Assembly (NCBI GenBank): GCA_002269645.1
Contig: NIVC01002585.1
Coordinates: forward strand, 1 to 64,000
DNA from: Macrostomum lignano
Lineage: Eukaryota
Direction: 5' to 3'
Length of the DNA stretch: 64,000 bases
Positions 25,012 to 37,439 of the stretch are shown here, in pieces. Position 1 is the stretch's first letter; each line of letters opens with the position of its first letter. The translations under genes and the position numbers were made by a program. A model generated the notes under the pieces. It had not been told where the DNA came from. It searched no databases and was given only the letters and a program-made list of their open reading frames with translations.

Positions 25012-26817
25012 CGCAAGGGCAACTGCAAGCTAAACCGACTACTGCATTGAATGATCATGCTTTCCTATAAAAAACTGTTTAGAATGCACAAGAGAGGAAA
25101 GAGAGGAAGAGAGGGAGAAGTATTTAGGAAAGGGGGAACGAAGAAGCGGGAATTTACTTCGCGTGGCAAAATTCCTAAAGAAGCCGTAGGCTTGTTATTT
25201 TCTCTTTGTACCAGCTCAGTCAGTTTGGTCAAGAATAACAAACTGGCTGGCATAATAAACGCATTCAATAATTTTTTTGCATCTGTAATAGCCTACGATG
25301 GATTAAGCGGTAAGAATTTTATCATATTATTTTTATTTTGAAATAAAATGCTTTTTAGAAAGATTGGAAACGAAATTTTGACCCATGAAATGTTAAGGCT
25401 TTCTAGTTGATATCTAAAACTGCGTCATGATTTAAAGTTAAATTTAAAGAAAAAAAGAATTCACAACGGTAACGCTAATACTTATTAAGCCACTATAAAA
25501 TGATTAAAACTCAAACTAAACTACTATTAGCAATATTGCAAGGTCATAGGTGCCTAGCTTACTCAAATCGTTAATTATGGCAAAATTTAGGCTATCACGC
25601 TATCTCTAACTAGTTAAAAGTAACCTTGTACTGTGTACATAACTATTACGAGTACATTTAATTCTTACTTTTGTGAATTTTCGCATTTTCTATAAAAACA
25701 AAAACTAGTGCCTATTCTTACTATGTGTACTTGCAGAACTACATGTATTTATCAAAGTATGAATATACAGTTAGAAGATTGATATCATTGCAATAAGATC
25801 TAAGTCTGATAAAATATATGCCACTTTTCAACCAAATAAAGCAGAACAATAAGATGTCACTCATAGTTTTAGTGAAAGTGCTAATACTAAACAGTTCTAA
25901 TTATTTTTTGTGTTTTTATATCATATAAATAGTTAGTTTAGAAAAATGAAGCAAATTAGTATGAGTGTATTCAAAAGAACTTTCTCAAGATTACAAATTT
26001 ATCGAAGGAAACAAAGCTTAATTGTACTGCATTTTAACTGTGAAAGTTGATATGTTTGTCAAAATCATTTAATATAAAATAAAGTATGACTATAACTTGT
26101 ATATTAGCAGAGCACCATAAGCAACGCAACCAATAAATTTGGAGCAAAATCCAAAAAATATTCCTGAAAAACATGTATTTATTTCTATATACTTATTATA
26201 TTAATTTATATATATATAATCAAAGCTTATTAATAGATATAGATATTGATTAAGCGAGCAACTTTACCACAGTTATATATCTACATTTATATCCTAAATT
26301 ATAATCCTGATGTATATAACCAATTCGATTCACTATTTTCCAGTTTTCTATTGTTATTTTTAATTCAACACTCCAGTAGACCAAAGATAAACGAAAATAT
26401 AAATATTCTTTAAATGTTTGATTCTGCAGACATATTTAATAAACGGTAACTCTAAGTATACTTTAAGTAGATTTATTAATAGTAACTATACATAAATATT
26501 AACCGACAATGCTTGATACTGACACACAAATAAATTTAATTAAATAACCTTGACGAAGTTAAATTCGCCTAGGAATCAACCAACGCTAGAAACTATTAAA
26601 ACAAACAAAGTAGCTTAAAGTATTAAGAAAGACTTTTGGCAGATATTGTACGTTATTCAGTACAAAAAAATTGTGCTAAATTTATTGGACCTGTCAAAAG
26701 AATATTTTACCAGTCATACGCATGTCAGATACGGACTACATATGCCATAACTCAATCACAGATACTTCAACGGTGGAAGGGGGTGAGAGGTTCAGAGTCG
26801 GGTTTAGAAATAAAAAA

Positions 26818-27015
26818 TGGGGGCGGATTTTAACCATGAATGGGAGCTCCATAATATACAGTATGAAGGCCAGGGGCGCCATACCATATAGAGGGAGCCA
26901 CTGAGCAAACTATGGGCATGCTGCAATTGAGGAGGACCTTATAGGGCAAAGGAAAAGGGGAGCCATCATCGCCAGCCACAAGGGAGAACAGCCGCCCCCT
27001 CTAAATCCGTCACTG
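26818..27015. mobile_element. Possible degraded short MITE
   Basis: GGGGCGGATTT at the left vs AAATCCGTCACTG at the right (imperfect inverted match); no clear TSD. Confidence 0.35.
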
Positions 27016-27559
27016 ATGAGGTTCGCTCAGTTTTTGATCTACATGCATGTACTGCATGCAAAGATTTGGTTGAGTCAAATAATTGATTTATGATTTTATG
27101 GTCGCGCAGCATAAAGCTAATTACGAGAGTACATGTATACCCTACTCTCCTTGCATGGATAAATCATGGATGAAGCATCCATGATGCCATGTATGGATCA
27201 TACCTGAACATGTATGGAGCCATACCTGATCATACATGGTTCCACGTAAACTTCATCCATGGTTACTTTCCATCCATGTACATTGATGTATGATTTTAAA
27301 TATAATTTTCCTTACTACACTACTGTTAGTAGAACGCAATGTTTGCGTAGGTTCATTTTAAAGCTGAAATTTTCTAAACAAATTCGGCAGCATCTTTAGT
27401 GCTGCTGAGAAATATGTTTCCATTCCCTTATAAATCACTTTCAAAACAAAAAAGTATCAGAACAAATACTTATGCAATTAAATGTAGAAGTAATTGAAAA
27501 CTCGTATGATGACCATTTCGAGACTTATATTATTAATGATAATTAGGCATAATTCATTT

Positions 27560-27957
27560 CAAAGTACTGTAAGAAAAAATAAGACAGCTCAGTCTCAGAG
27601 AGCTTTAAAATACAGAATGGACAGAATTTGACGCATTTCAAGGTACTGTAAGAAAAAATAAGACAGCTCAGAGAGCTTTAAAATACAGAATAGACAGAAT
27701 TTGACGCATTTCAAGGTACTGTAAGAAAAAATAAAACAGCTCAGAGAGCTTTAAAATACAGAATAGACAGAATTTGACGCATTTCAAGGTACTGTAAGAA
27801 AAATAAAACAGCTCAGAGAGCTTTAAGATACAGAATAGACAGAATTTGACGCATTTCAAGGTACTGTAAGAAAAAATAAAACAGCTCAGAGAGCTTTAAG
27901 ATACAGAATAGACAGAATTTGACGCATTTCAAGGTACTGTAAGAAAAAATAAAACAG
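27560..27957. repeat. Internal tandem repeat of the EnSpm element, ~73-bp unit, ~5.5 copies
   Basis: ACAGCTCAGAGAGCTTTAAAATACAGAATAGACAGAATTTGACGCATTTCAAGGTACTGTAAGAAAAAATAAA repeated. Confidence 0.92.
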
Positions 27958-28286
27958 TAAATTTTACTGAACAGTCAATAAATAGAATTAGCCGAATTCG
28001 GTACGCATTAAGGGCAAGGGCCGACTAATCCTTTACGAAACGAAGTTAATGCTGCATTAGTCAATTATTTGCGCACAGAAACTTGGAGATTTTGAATATG
28101 GAGAGATCGGACAAAGAGAGGTAACGGTGGGAGTCTGAGAGGGAGGAAGTTGGGCATCTGGAAAGTTATTCTGATTCCCTGATGGTTTTATCTTGGTCAT
28201 GGAGCATAATTTTATTTTCTGCCAGACTTTGCAGCATTAATAATAAAATAATCGGATCTAAGGTACGGACACATACTCGTACCTTT

Positions 28287-30587
28287 TTAATCATGTTCAA
28301 ACTCTTTGAACAATGGCACAGCGCAATAACAGTCTTTGCTGAACGATTCTACTGGAACAGCGATGCAGGGTCGATCGACCTCTGAAAAATTAACTATACG
28401 TTCGCGTCTGGCCGATCTGGGCGCATTAGACAGGGATATCAATACAAAATTGAATGTCGAAGACTTTTTGAACATGGATTCCAGCAATGCTTTCCAATTA
28501 AGTAAATCGATGGGGAAAGTTGCTGCTGGTACTCGTAAAACAAAATCAAACAGCGAACCAATGGGATCCAAAATTTGCACTCGAATAGTATTAGGCTCGA
28601 GGAACTCTGCAATAGTGCAGATTTCGCCGGACTTCAATTGGCAAAGATGGTTAGAATTTTTCGACGCACAAGCTGAGCTTGTCGAGAAAAAATGTCCATT
28701 AAAATAAGCAAGTGAGTTTCGAAGAATACCATGTGGCCTGGATGGCTCTAAAGATATAGAGTTAACTGCATCCACTACAATAGAGTCCTTAACACAAGAA
28801 AAGTAGTGATGTAGCAACTTTTGAAACAAAAACTTGCGAACAAGCTGTGGGCCAAATGACACAGTTCCGCATAAGAACTTTTTGAACATGCCAATGGAGC
28901 TCTCAAATGCGAACATAGAATAATTAAATACAGGTCCGTACAATTCGTACTGTTCAGCCATATGCAAAAGCAGGTGGAAATTAAGGCGGAGTACTTTCGG
29001 TCCGAATATTTGCTGAGCATTGGAGATAAAAGCTTTGCATAGCTTTTCGATATCAGTCTTATTTGATTGGGGGCTATACAACATGTGATAAATAAGAACT
29101 AAATTAGTTAACAGCAGTTTCAATGGAAAATGCGAAATTCTCTGCAAAAACGTAGGAAGAAGAAAGTATAGCGCAAAGTTTTTAAAATGCTTTGCTTTCC
29201 AATCTGAAAAGCCTTTAAAATTTGTGTTGATTGTGATGCTAGAAGGAGTTATAGATTGACGAATACAATTAGATATGAAATCCATGCAATTAGCTGAGCA
29301 AAAATACAACTCGCGCCTGTTTGCAGGTAATGACAGCTCTTCTAGTAGATACTTGGTGTGGCCTTCGAAAAAGCAGTGTAAACTGTCAATAGGATTGCAG
29401 CTGGGAAACGGAACATAGTCTAACAAGCAACTGCGCATCTTTACGCCAAAAACAGGCCGATTTCGAATTTGTGCGAGCCGACAGTGTTCAAGATGGGAAG
29501 ATGGGTTTCTCAAAGGAAACAAGTAGCCTTCACCATAGCGGAAGATCCAGTTTTTACCTTTCTCGGATACTTTAAAGCTCTCACCTGGGTGCAAGCACCT
29601 AGGACAGCTAAACGCACCATTGTACTGGTGAATGCAGAAGAGCTTAGCAAGAGCGGGCAAGTCACAAACAAAGAGTGTGTAATGGACATGAACGGTGTAT
29701 TCCGAGAATATAAACTGTTTTGGCAAATTGTTCATAATTTCAGACAGAAAAGACTGGAAATGCGGGACTGCCTTCGATGAAACAAGAGCAATTAGAATTA
29801 AATTTGCAAAGCGTTGACGGATGTAAACAGGAAGGTTTAGAAGTTGAGCCTGAAATGGCCAAAAGCTACTCTGAACAGATTCAAAAAAATTGGCGCCATC
29901 AGCTGAGATTAGAAGATGCAAGTGAAGCGACTTGCCAGAAGATAGGCTTAAGCCTTGTTCTTTAACTATTTTGGAATTCAAAACGTCTGTGTTTTTATCC
30001 TTTTGCAATTCTTGCTCATACTGCAGAATAGTTGAAGTGTGGCTGCTTAAGATAGTCCGCAGCTGTGGAACAATATTGAGCTGTGTCACAGCAACCTTTG
30101 ACTTTGGGGAATGAACCTGACACTGGCTTTTGCATTCTGGGCAAAAGCCAAATTCAGACACGTCACTATCATCAAGAGGGCAAGTATCTTGAATCAATGA
30201 TTTGAGCAACTTGACGCTATTTGGAAGAGCTAGAGAATCTCTACTAAAAATAGAAAGTAGCTTCAGGAGTCTATCAAGAGCAGCCTCTGAAACTCCGGAA
30301 GTAATTGCCCACTGAAAAATCAGAGCCGCCTGCACACTGGGATCTGAGATGGAAGCCAAATTCGCTAAGCTATCTGAACTCTCCTCAAGCACAGGCACAG
30401 CATTGTTTTCACCAATAAAAGTTTCCACAGCGTCAGGACAGCTGTGCGAGTGCGTTACACCGGCTTCGCTTGAAATTGAACTCCTATTACTTGTAGAAAA
30501 ACTATTTGAGGGAGAAGAAATCGCCTGACAAGAGTAGGCTGAGTAATTAGTAGAAAGAGAGTGCTCAGATTCTGATTTACTAGACAT
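28287..30587 (-). CDS. EnSpm/CACTA-type DDE transposase, 766 aa, uninterrupted
   Basis: Motifs ISADGANFF, SFWP..AQLLNLP..IR...NLIL, VCDLPALAK...QYNGAFSCPRC, IDSLHCFFEG, WKAKHFKNF, HLLLHMAEQYELYGP...MFAFES are typical of the family; N-terminal CPEC. Confidence 0.92.
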   Translation of the reverse strand: MSSKSESEHSLSTNYSAYSCQAISSPSNSFSTSNRSSISSEAGVTHSHSCPDAVETFIGENNAVPVLEESSDSLANLASISDPSVQAALIFQWAITSGVSEAALDRLLKLLSIFSRDSLALPNSVKLLKSLIQDTCPLDDSDVSEFGFCPECKSQCQVHSPKSKVAVTQLNIVPQLRTILSSHTSTILQYEQELQKDKNTDVLNSKIVKEQGLSLSSGKSLHLHLLISADGANFFESVQSSFWPFQAQLLNLPVYIRQRFANLILIALVSSKAVPHFQSFLSEIMNNLPKQFIFSEYTVHVHYTLFVCDLPALAKLFCIHQYNGAFSCPRCLHPGESFKVSEKGKNWIFRYGEGYLFPLRNPSSHLEHCRLAQIRNRPVFGVKMRSCLLDYVPFPSCNPIDSLHCFFEGHTKYLLEELSLPANRRELYFCSANCMDFISNCIRQSITPSSITINTNFKGFSDWKAKHFKNFALYFLLPTFLQRISHFPLKLLLTNLVLIYHMLYSPQSNKTDIEKLCKAFISNAQQIFGPKVLRLNFHLLLHMAEQYELYGPVFNYSMFAFESSIGMFKKFLCGTVSFGPQLVRKFLFQKLLHHYFSCVKDSIVVDAVNSISLEPSRPHGILRNSLAYFNGHFFSTSSACASKNSNHLCQLKSGEICTIAEFLEPNTIRVQILDPIGSLFDFVLRVPAATFPIDLLNWKALLESMFKKSSTFNFVLISLSNAPRSARRERIVNFSEVDRPCIAVPVESFSKDCYCAVPLFKEFEHD

Positions 30588-30636
30588 AAAAATAGCAATT
30601 CAAATATTCAAAAGTTACTAGAATTTTTTCCGCAAT

Positions 30637-32587
30637 TCACGGTCCCATTCGCCTTGAGCGGGAAATGGAATCCCCTGACTCGGGTCCAGAAGCAGCAGTT
30701 GAAGTTCGCTTTCTCGCCCGTGTCTCCTCCCTGGCCAGCTGATTGAGATGGTCTCGTACAGACTTCCAGATTTCGTGGAAGTCGTAGCCAGATGTTCGAT
30801 AGCACAATTGAAGCAAACCTGAAAATTCACGAGTATAGTAAAATATTTTTACAATAGACATTGTGTACTGTGTTTATAGTAGAAATAGGCTAAATTTAAA
30901 AGGAAGTTGATTTATGATGCTAATCATTAAATAGGTCAATGGGATGTATTGAACTTTAGAACTATTTTTCCTCAATTTCTTTTATCTCAGACCTAAATGT
31001 GTTTTTTTAGAAAATATCCCAAGTATTGGATTCAGATCATTTAGCATTAATTAGCCTAAATTGCTTTATAATAAAAAAATTGCACAAAACTGTGAAAAAA
31101 TTATATATATATATTTACGTTGAAACTCTGTCACATGCTCAGATGGAGCAGGCCTTCGGGAACTGCGAGCACCACAGGATGAATCGATTATATGCTCAAG
31201 CAAGTAGCCTTCGCCAAATCGCAGCTTGATATACCTTCGGAGGAACACCTTAGGATCGTTGCAAAGAATTGAAGACAGCTCAGCTAGGGAACCATCAATG
31301 CACCTAAATTCCTAAAAAATGTTATTATATAGTAGAACTTTTATACTACAGACGTGATGCTGCTGATGCTAAGAAAAAACTGACATACCTCATTTTGGTA
31401 TTCTTTAATTGTTAGCATTCCACCAAAGTTGTCATCCTTTTTTAAAAGTCGGCATATCCTTGCAGCAAGACGCTTCTCAAGAGAAAGCAACTCGGATTGA
31501 ATGAACAGTTTTAGATCTAGAGTAAGATATATGCTCATATATAAAAATATGGTGATTTTGATTTTTAATAATGTGATTGTATCATATTAAAAAAATAAAA
31601 TTATACCTTTCATTGTTGCATCCGATTCACTGTTTACTATCTGTACCCCTCGGAGGGGTTGCACTTCTTGAATTGCACCTAGTGATAAAAAAGGCTTATT
31701 GCTACAAAAATATTGACTCATTTGGTATTTGGTTTTCAATTAGGTGTAATAGAATATACAAACTTGATTCCAAGAGGCCTGTGGCACGAGCTTGCTCATT
31801 TTCAACCAAAGATGCCTCTCTCTCAAATGCAGAAATGGCTTTTTCTAAAAAATAATAATTAATCAAATAATACAACAAAAAAAACAAATTGCAAACAATT
31901 AATAGTTCATATATATTGCAGTTTTACTCATTGATTGAGTAGCTGGTATCGCCAAATTTGGTTCGCCACTTTCACTATCCACTTCATAAAGCTCGTCAAG
32001 TAGTCCATGCTGATGACAACTAGAACTTGAAGCAACCTGCTTTGAACTAGATGACCTTATTGTCCTTACATTTGCAATGCCAGCTTGGGGATCTTTCATT
32101 GCAAAAAGCTCAATAGCTTGGCTAATCAATGAATCAGTATTTTCAGCCTCACTAACCAAGTTGGAAAGTTGGTTCATAGTTGAAGCCATTTGCCTTTCAC
32201 TACCTTTTGCCACAAGTGTAGCAGAAAATAGTTTGCCATACATGCGTAAAAAGACTTTAGTCCCCTAAAATATAATTTAATAAAGTAATATTACATTTGT
32301 AGTTGGAATAATTTGTTTTAGAAACCATGTACTCAATAACAAAATATTATGCATATAAATCCAACTTAAAATCTTACTTGTGCAAGTTCCAACTTTTCAT
32401 CATTAGTTATTGTACTTGGCCAATAGGGAGACCCAAATGCAATGGTCACATATTGCTCATCATGGCCAACATTGTGAAGAATAAAGCAGAAAAACAATGC
32501 TGAATTGTCATTTCCAAATTTAGAAGTACTTTTTGTCTGCTTTCGAAGAGGCCTAGAATTAGATGCACTTAATCCAATATCATCCAT
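30637..32587 (-). CDS. Spliced accessory gene of the EnSpm element, C-terminal BEN-like domain (tentative)
   Basis: Exons approx. 32587-32378, 32264-31928, 31844-~31764, ~31519-31353, ~31303-31125, ~30820-30637, with phase-compatible GT-AG junctions (middle junctions less sure). C-terminus DPKVFLRRYIKLRFGEGYLL...FQRLLQLCY...EIWKSVRDHLNQLAR. Confidence 0.6.
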
Positions 32588-35122
32588 AACAATTTGTTCT
32601 GAAAAAGTTTCACAAGGAGATAAGGTTTGAAGAATCAATCAAGAGGCCAATGACAAACCAATTAGAATTGTATATAAAAAAAATTTAATGTAGGGACCCT
32701 AGGCCCCTATGATTTTAAATAAAAATTATAATATAAGGCCTAGGCCCTATATATAGGCCTATAATTATAAAGTTGTGCCATTGTGGATTTTCTGATACAA
32801 AGTAGACAATATTAGGCCTAATTGGGCCTAGTCTAGTCTAGTTTTGATTATAGACTGTATATTAGATACAAAGGACATGAAAGGTCTCGAAATTAAGTAC
32901 CAATTACCATAATATACTATTATTTTTTATTATTTTGAAACTGTCAGCCTACCATGTGATTTTTATCATTAGGCTATGGCCTAGGTCTAGGATGCCACTT
33001 TAGACTAGGCCTTTGGCTTTGGTTAGGCCAACCTATCATTATAAAAATGCAGCAAAATATCATTCAAAAATATACATCTAACCCCTATAGGTTATCTTTG
33101 CATCCCAAATATAATATATAATAGGGTTTCTATTTTCTAATATATCTACAAATACAATTTTCACTGAAGGAGTGAAGATCAAAATTAGCATGTCAAAAAA
33201 CCTTACAAGCCACCGAATTTTAAAACTAGCTACCAAAAGTGGAACTGGAAGTATATAGCTAAGAAAAAACATAAACATAAACATAGCACATAGTGACACA
33301 TAATGAAATGATGACAACATGCAAGAGTGACAGAGTCCTCTTAGAAAGGAAAAATAGGCCTAGTAATTTATGTTTATGGGAAGTTAAGTCCGTAATTAAC
33401 TAAACCGAAACAAAATGGCCAACAAAATTGCTGGTAATATATTCAAAGCAATTTGTAGGTGAAGATTTTAACAAATTTATTAAACTATTTTTTGTATTTA
33501 CAATTTCGCTTTTATTAAATATATTTAAAACTTTATTAGATATACATAAAATAGCCTGAAATTTTTTATAAGCTTAGTTATTTATTTTCCCGTATGAACT
33601 CCCTGACATGGATGATTTTACCATGGAAAGTTTTAAAAATCCATGCATGAAAATACCATGAACATGCATGATTTATCAATGGATCATGGATCATAGATGA
33701 TTTATCCATGATAAGAGAGTAGGGTAATGCCTGAATGAGTTTTTTGCGCTACATGTATATACAATTAATTATACTTTTAATTCACCGTAAATAATTTTCT
33801 TAAGTATATATACTTCTTGTACCTTTACAAATGTACCTGATCTGCATGTTCAGGGTGAATCTCACTCAGTAAGTCGTGGCAATTAAATATCATCAGATAA
33901 GCCGGCTAAGTTTAGTAGCGTATCACTCTGTTACATTATCTCACTGAAAAGCCTAGCTTGTCTGCGGATTTATAATTCATCGGGTCTCTCTATTATTGTT
34001 TTTCTCTGTGGTAAACTATACAGTGTACATGTAAATGCTGGAGCACATCTTGTTGGCCATCTGCTGTTGCTGAGAGCAAATTGTTGCTTGATTGTTGACC
34101 ATGGAAGGCACGCTATAAGCATAATATATTAGATTTGGATAACGGAAGCTAGTTTTGAAAAGCTATAGTTTTGGATGACGTGTATTTTGTGAGGACAATA
34201 TGCTTCTGCGCGCAGGTTCGGGCGCCTCCGCGACGCTCTCCTTCTCCCCAGCTGCTAGGCCAGCGCGTTATGGGATGTCCGGAAGTAGAAGTAGTAGTAT
34301 AGTAGCCAGTAGTAACTCTTGAGTCTCACTCTCACAAAACTATAATACGTACGAGCGCGTAGGCTCGTGAAAGATTCAGTGCGCAAGTGTACATGTACTC
34401 TCTCTATAAGGTCTACAGTTGTATACATACATTGGACAGTATAAGTTCTCACAATTTCTCAGCCAAGTGCAACTCTGACTAATCTTACTCGCGCTTTTCT
34501 CTCTCACTAATATTCTCTTCTCTCCAAACCCACAAAGTACGTATACTCGTACATGTACACTGTCGAAACCTCTCTCCCCTTTCACACTTCAGTGCAAGGT
34601 CCAGGGAGAAAATGACAGAGCCGCTCTATGGCCAGCTACATACGTACACAGCTATAACCAGCCAGTTCTTGCATCCTAAACAGCCACGCGGTGCACTTAC
34701 TGGCCGCCGCATTCTGGATGTGCACTGCAAGCCCCGGACGGAGTGAATTGAAGCATAGAAGTAGCTATAGGCGGATCCTGGAACCTTCGAATTCTCTGTA
34801 CAGATTCTGGATAAGGAAGATCCTGACGTGTAAGTATACTGACGTACTTCAGCAAAAGATTTAACTGGCATAAACGTTTAAAGGAACTGTACAGTCATCA
34901 TCAAGATTTCGACGTTTCATCTGAATAGAATTTCCTCAAATGAATCCGATCGAATATGAAACGAGGAAGCTGGGTTGACAGCTAGCTGACGAATAACGGA
35001 AACTGCAGGCTATATGAGGCGTGGCACGCAAACGTCGTAAGTGCGTGCTTATATACGATCGTAGCTCAATCAAGACAGAAGACTTCAAGGACACTACCGT
35101 TGGCTCAACTACCACGTCGGCA

Positions 35123-37419
35123 ATGGATTCGCCTGTTACAAGCCCAACTGATGGATATTTTCTACCGGAGATGACTCCAAGCGACTTAGACACTGTCCGT
35201 CATCAGTTTGAACCTCTTGGCTTAGTGTTCACCTACCAGATGCACGTGTACCACATACCTTGCGTAGATATTGAAAAATTGTTAATGGCAAATTGTTCAA
35301 GCTTTCAAGGCATGACAGATGCGCAACAGTCGTATCTGTTGGAGAAAATCTCTAAAGCTTCTGACTCTGCTAAAGATGGTCACGAAAATGTGCGACGAAC
35401 CATGTCTATAATCAGCAGTTATTTGCAACCGTTCATGCCCGAACTCACCAGTTGTTTAAGCCCCATTGGCAAGCTCCGGGATTTTGATTGGCCAGACTGC
35501 ATCGAGAAATTCTCGGCGAGTGTCAAAGTAACCGATCTACAACTTGTTGAGATCAGCGATAGACATTTGCGCAAAATTCGTCTGGCAGAAGATCCTGGAC
35601 AACACTGCCTGTCAAAACCCATCTACGGCAACGAGCAAGCGTTTCCGTTGGATGCCGAAATAAATCCGGAAATTCTGCGTGCTGAAATTTTGCTGAACAA
35701 AATTGACAGCGCCCGCGACTGCGGAAACGGTTGGGACCGTTCTGGAGTTGATGCGGGATGCTGCTTTGACAGAATCTTCAACAATAGACCAAATGGCTGC
35801 TTGTGTGATTCAGGTATGCGTTTTCTGTTAATTGTGCAGTGTTCTTTGAGTTTGAAGAGGGTGTCGTTTAAGTTTGAAGAGGGTATCCTTTGAGTTTGAA
35901 GAGGGTGTCCTTTGAGTTTGAAGAGGGTATCCTTTGAGTTTGAAGAGGGTATCCTTTGAGTTTGAAGAGGGTGTCCTTTGAGTTTGAAGAGGGTATCCTT
36001 TGAGTTTGAAGAGGGTATCCTTTGAGTTTGAAGAGGGTATCCTTTGAGTTTGAAGAGGGTGTCTTGTCGGTTGAAGAGGGTGTCTTGTCGGTTGAAGAGA
36101 GTGTCTTGTCCGATGAAGAGGGTGTCTTGTCGGTTGAAGAGGGTGTCTTGTCGGTTGAAGAGGGGGTGTCTTGTCCGATGAAGAGGGTGTCTTGTCGGTT
36201 GATGAGGGTGTCTTGTCGGTTGAAGAGAGTGTCTTGTCCGATGAAGAGGGTGTCTTGTCGGTTGAAGAGGGTGTCTTGTCGGTTGAAGAGGGGGTGTCTT
36301 GTCGGTAGAAGAGGGTATCTTGTCGGTTGAAGAGGGTGTCTTGTCGGTTAAAGAGGGTGTCTTGTCGGTAGAAAAGGGTGTCTTGTCGGTAGAAGAGGGT
36401 GTCTTGTCGGTTGAAGAGAGTGTCTTGTCCGATGAAGAGGGTGTCTTGTCGGTTGAAGAGGGTGTCTTGTCGGTTGAAGAGGGGGTGTCTTGTCGGTAGA
36501 AGAGGGTGTCTTGTCGGTTGATGAGGGTGTCTTGTCGGTTGAAGAGAGTGTCTTGTCCGATGAAGAGGGTGTCTTGTCGGTTGAAGAGGGTGTCTTGTCG
36601 GTTGAAGAGGGGGTGTCTTGTCGGTAGAAGAGGGTATCTTGTCGGTTGAAGAGGGTGTCTTGTCGGTTAAAGAGGGTGTCTTGTCGGTTAAAGAGGGTGT
36701 CTTGTCGGTAGAAAAGGGTGTCTTGTCGGTTGAAGAGAATGTCCTTTGAGTTTGAAGAGGGTGCATGTCCTGTTGGCTGGAGGGTATCTTCTGTTCCTGT
36801 GTAAAGTTTTCAATTTGTTATAAAAAACCCTGCTTTTATAAAAAAGTCGGCAATAGTTAGTTCCCTAGCGGGTGTCAGTGGGCTGAGCATTTATATTCTT
36901 TTTACTAAAGATTCGATTGTTTGAGTAGAAGCAGCTCACGGCAGTTTTAAACCCCCTAGAGATAATCAAGCTCACTCTGTCTCATTACCAGATCCAGTGC
37001 CAGCGCTGATTGAGCCGTCCCAGCTGTACAGACCCTACCTCAACAACTGGCAACCACTAGACTTCTCCGACCCAGTTGTCCCCAACTTCTCCAATGCCAA
37101 CAATATCGAAGAGTTTCAGTCGTTCGACTCGCAGTCACTCCAACGAAGACGCCTGCTGGCAGTGACTGGCGGACTCACCTGGCGCCAGAAGCAGCACCGT
37201 CAGCAGCTGCTCGCAGTTCGACTGGCTACTCGGTCAGCCCTGATCGGTCTGAAGCACAGCATCAGTGTGGAACCGGCTAAAAACTACCTGGAACTCTACG
37301 TGAACATGATTAGCAGAGCTGTGGAGGCCACATCGGTTCACGTCAGACGTTGGTCATTTCATTTGGAGCACAGTTGGAAAGAGTTTAAAGATTTGGCAAC
37401 TGAAGAGCTACCTTATTGA
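35123..37419 (+). CDS. Two-exon protein of unknown function, ~370 aa
   Basis: Exon 1 35123-35813 (ATG to TCAG|GTATG, phase 1); exon 2 36998-37419 (CCAG|TG to TGA). Long non-repetitive ORFs joined in frame across a minisatellite intron. No family recognised. Confidence 0.75.
35845..36765. repeat. Bipartite minisatellite: 22-bp unit (GGGTATCCTTTGAGTTTGAAGA), then 21-bp unit (GTCTTGTCGGTTGAAGAGGGT)
   Basis: Unit switch at ~36055; shared core TGAAGAGGGT. Confidence 0.95.
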
Positions 37420-37439
37420 TCGATTAATTGAGTTCAGTT

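Larger units (their letters stand above)
27140..33724 (-). mobile_element. Full-length EnSpm/CACTA (CMC) DNA transposon, 6585 bp
   Basis: TIRs CCCTACTCTCCTTGCATGGATAAATCAT (27140) and ATGATTTATCCATGATAAGAGAGTAGGG (ends 33724); TA on both flanks; CATG/ATGGAT-rich subterminal repeats at both ends; contains a transposase and a second gene. Confidence 0.88.

Noticed and set aside
34985-35015. Second hammerhead (CTGACGA...GAAAC)
   Set aside because: The six bases between the boxes cannot form stem II and there is no valid cleavage triplet.
35828-36766. 312-aa minus-strand ORF
   Set aside because: Translation of the 21/22-bp minisatellite.
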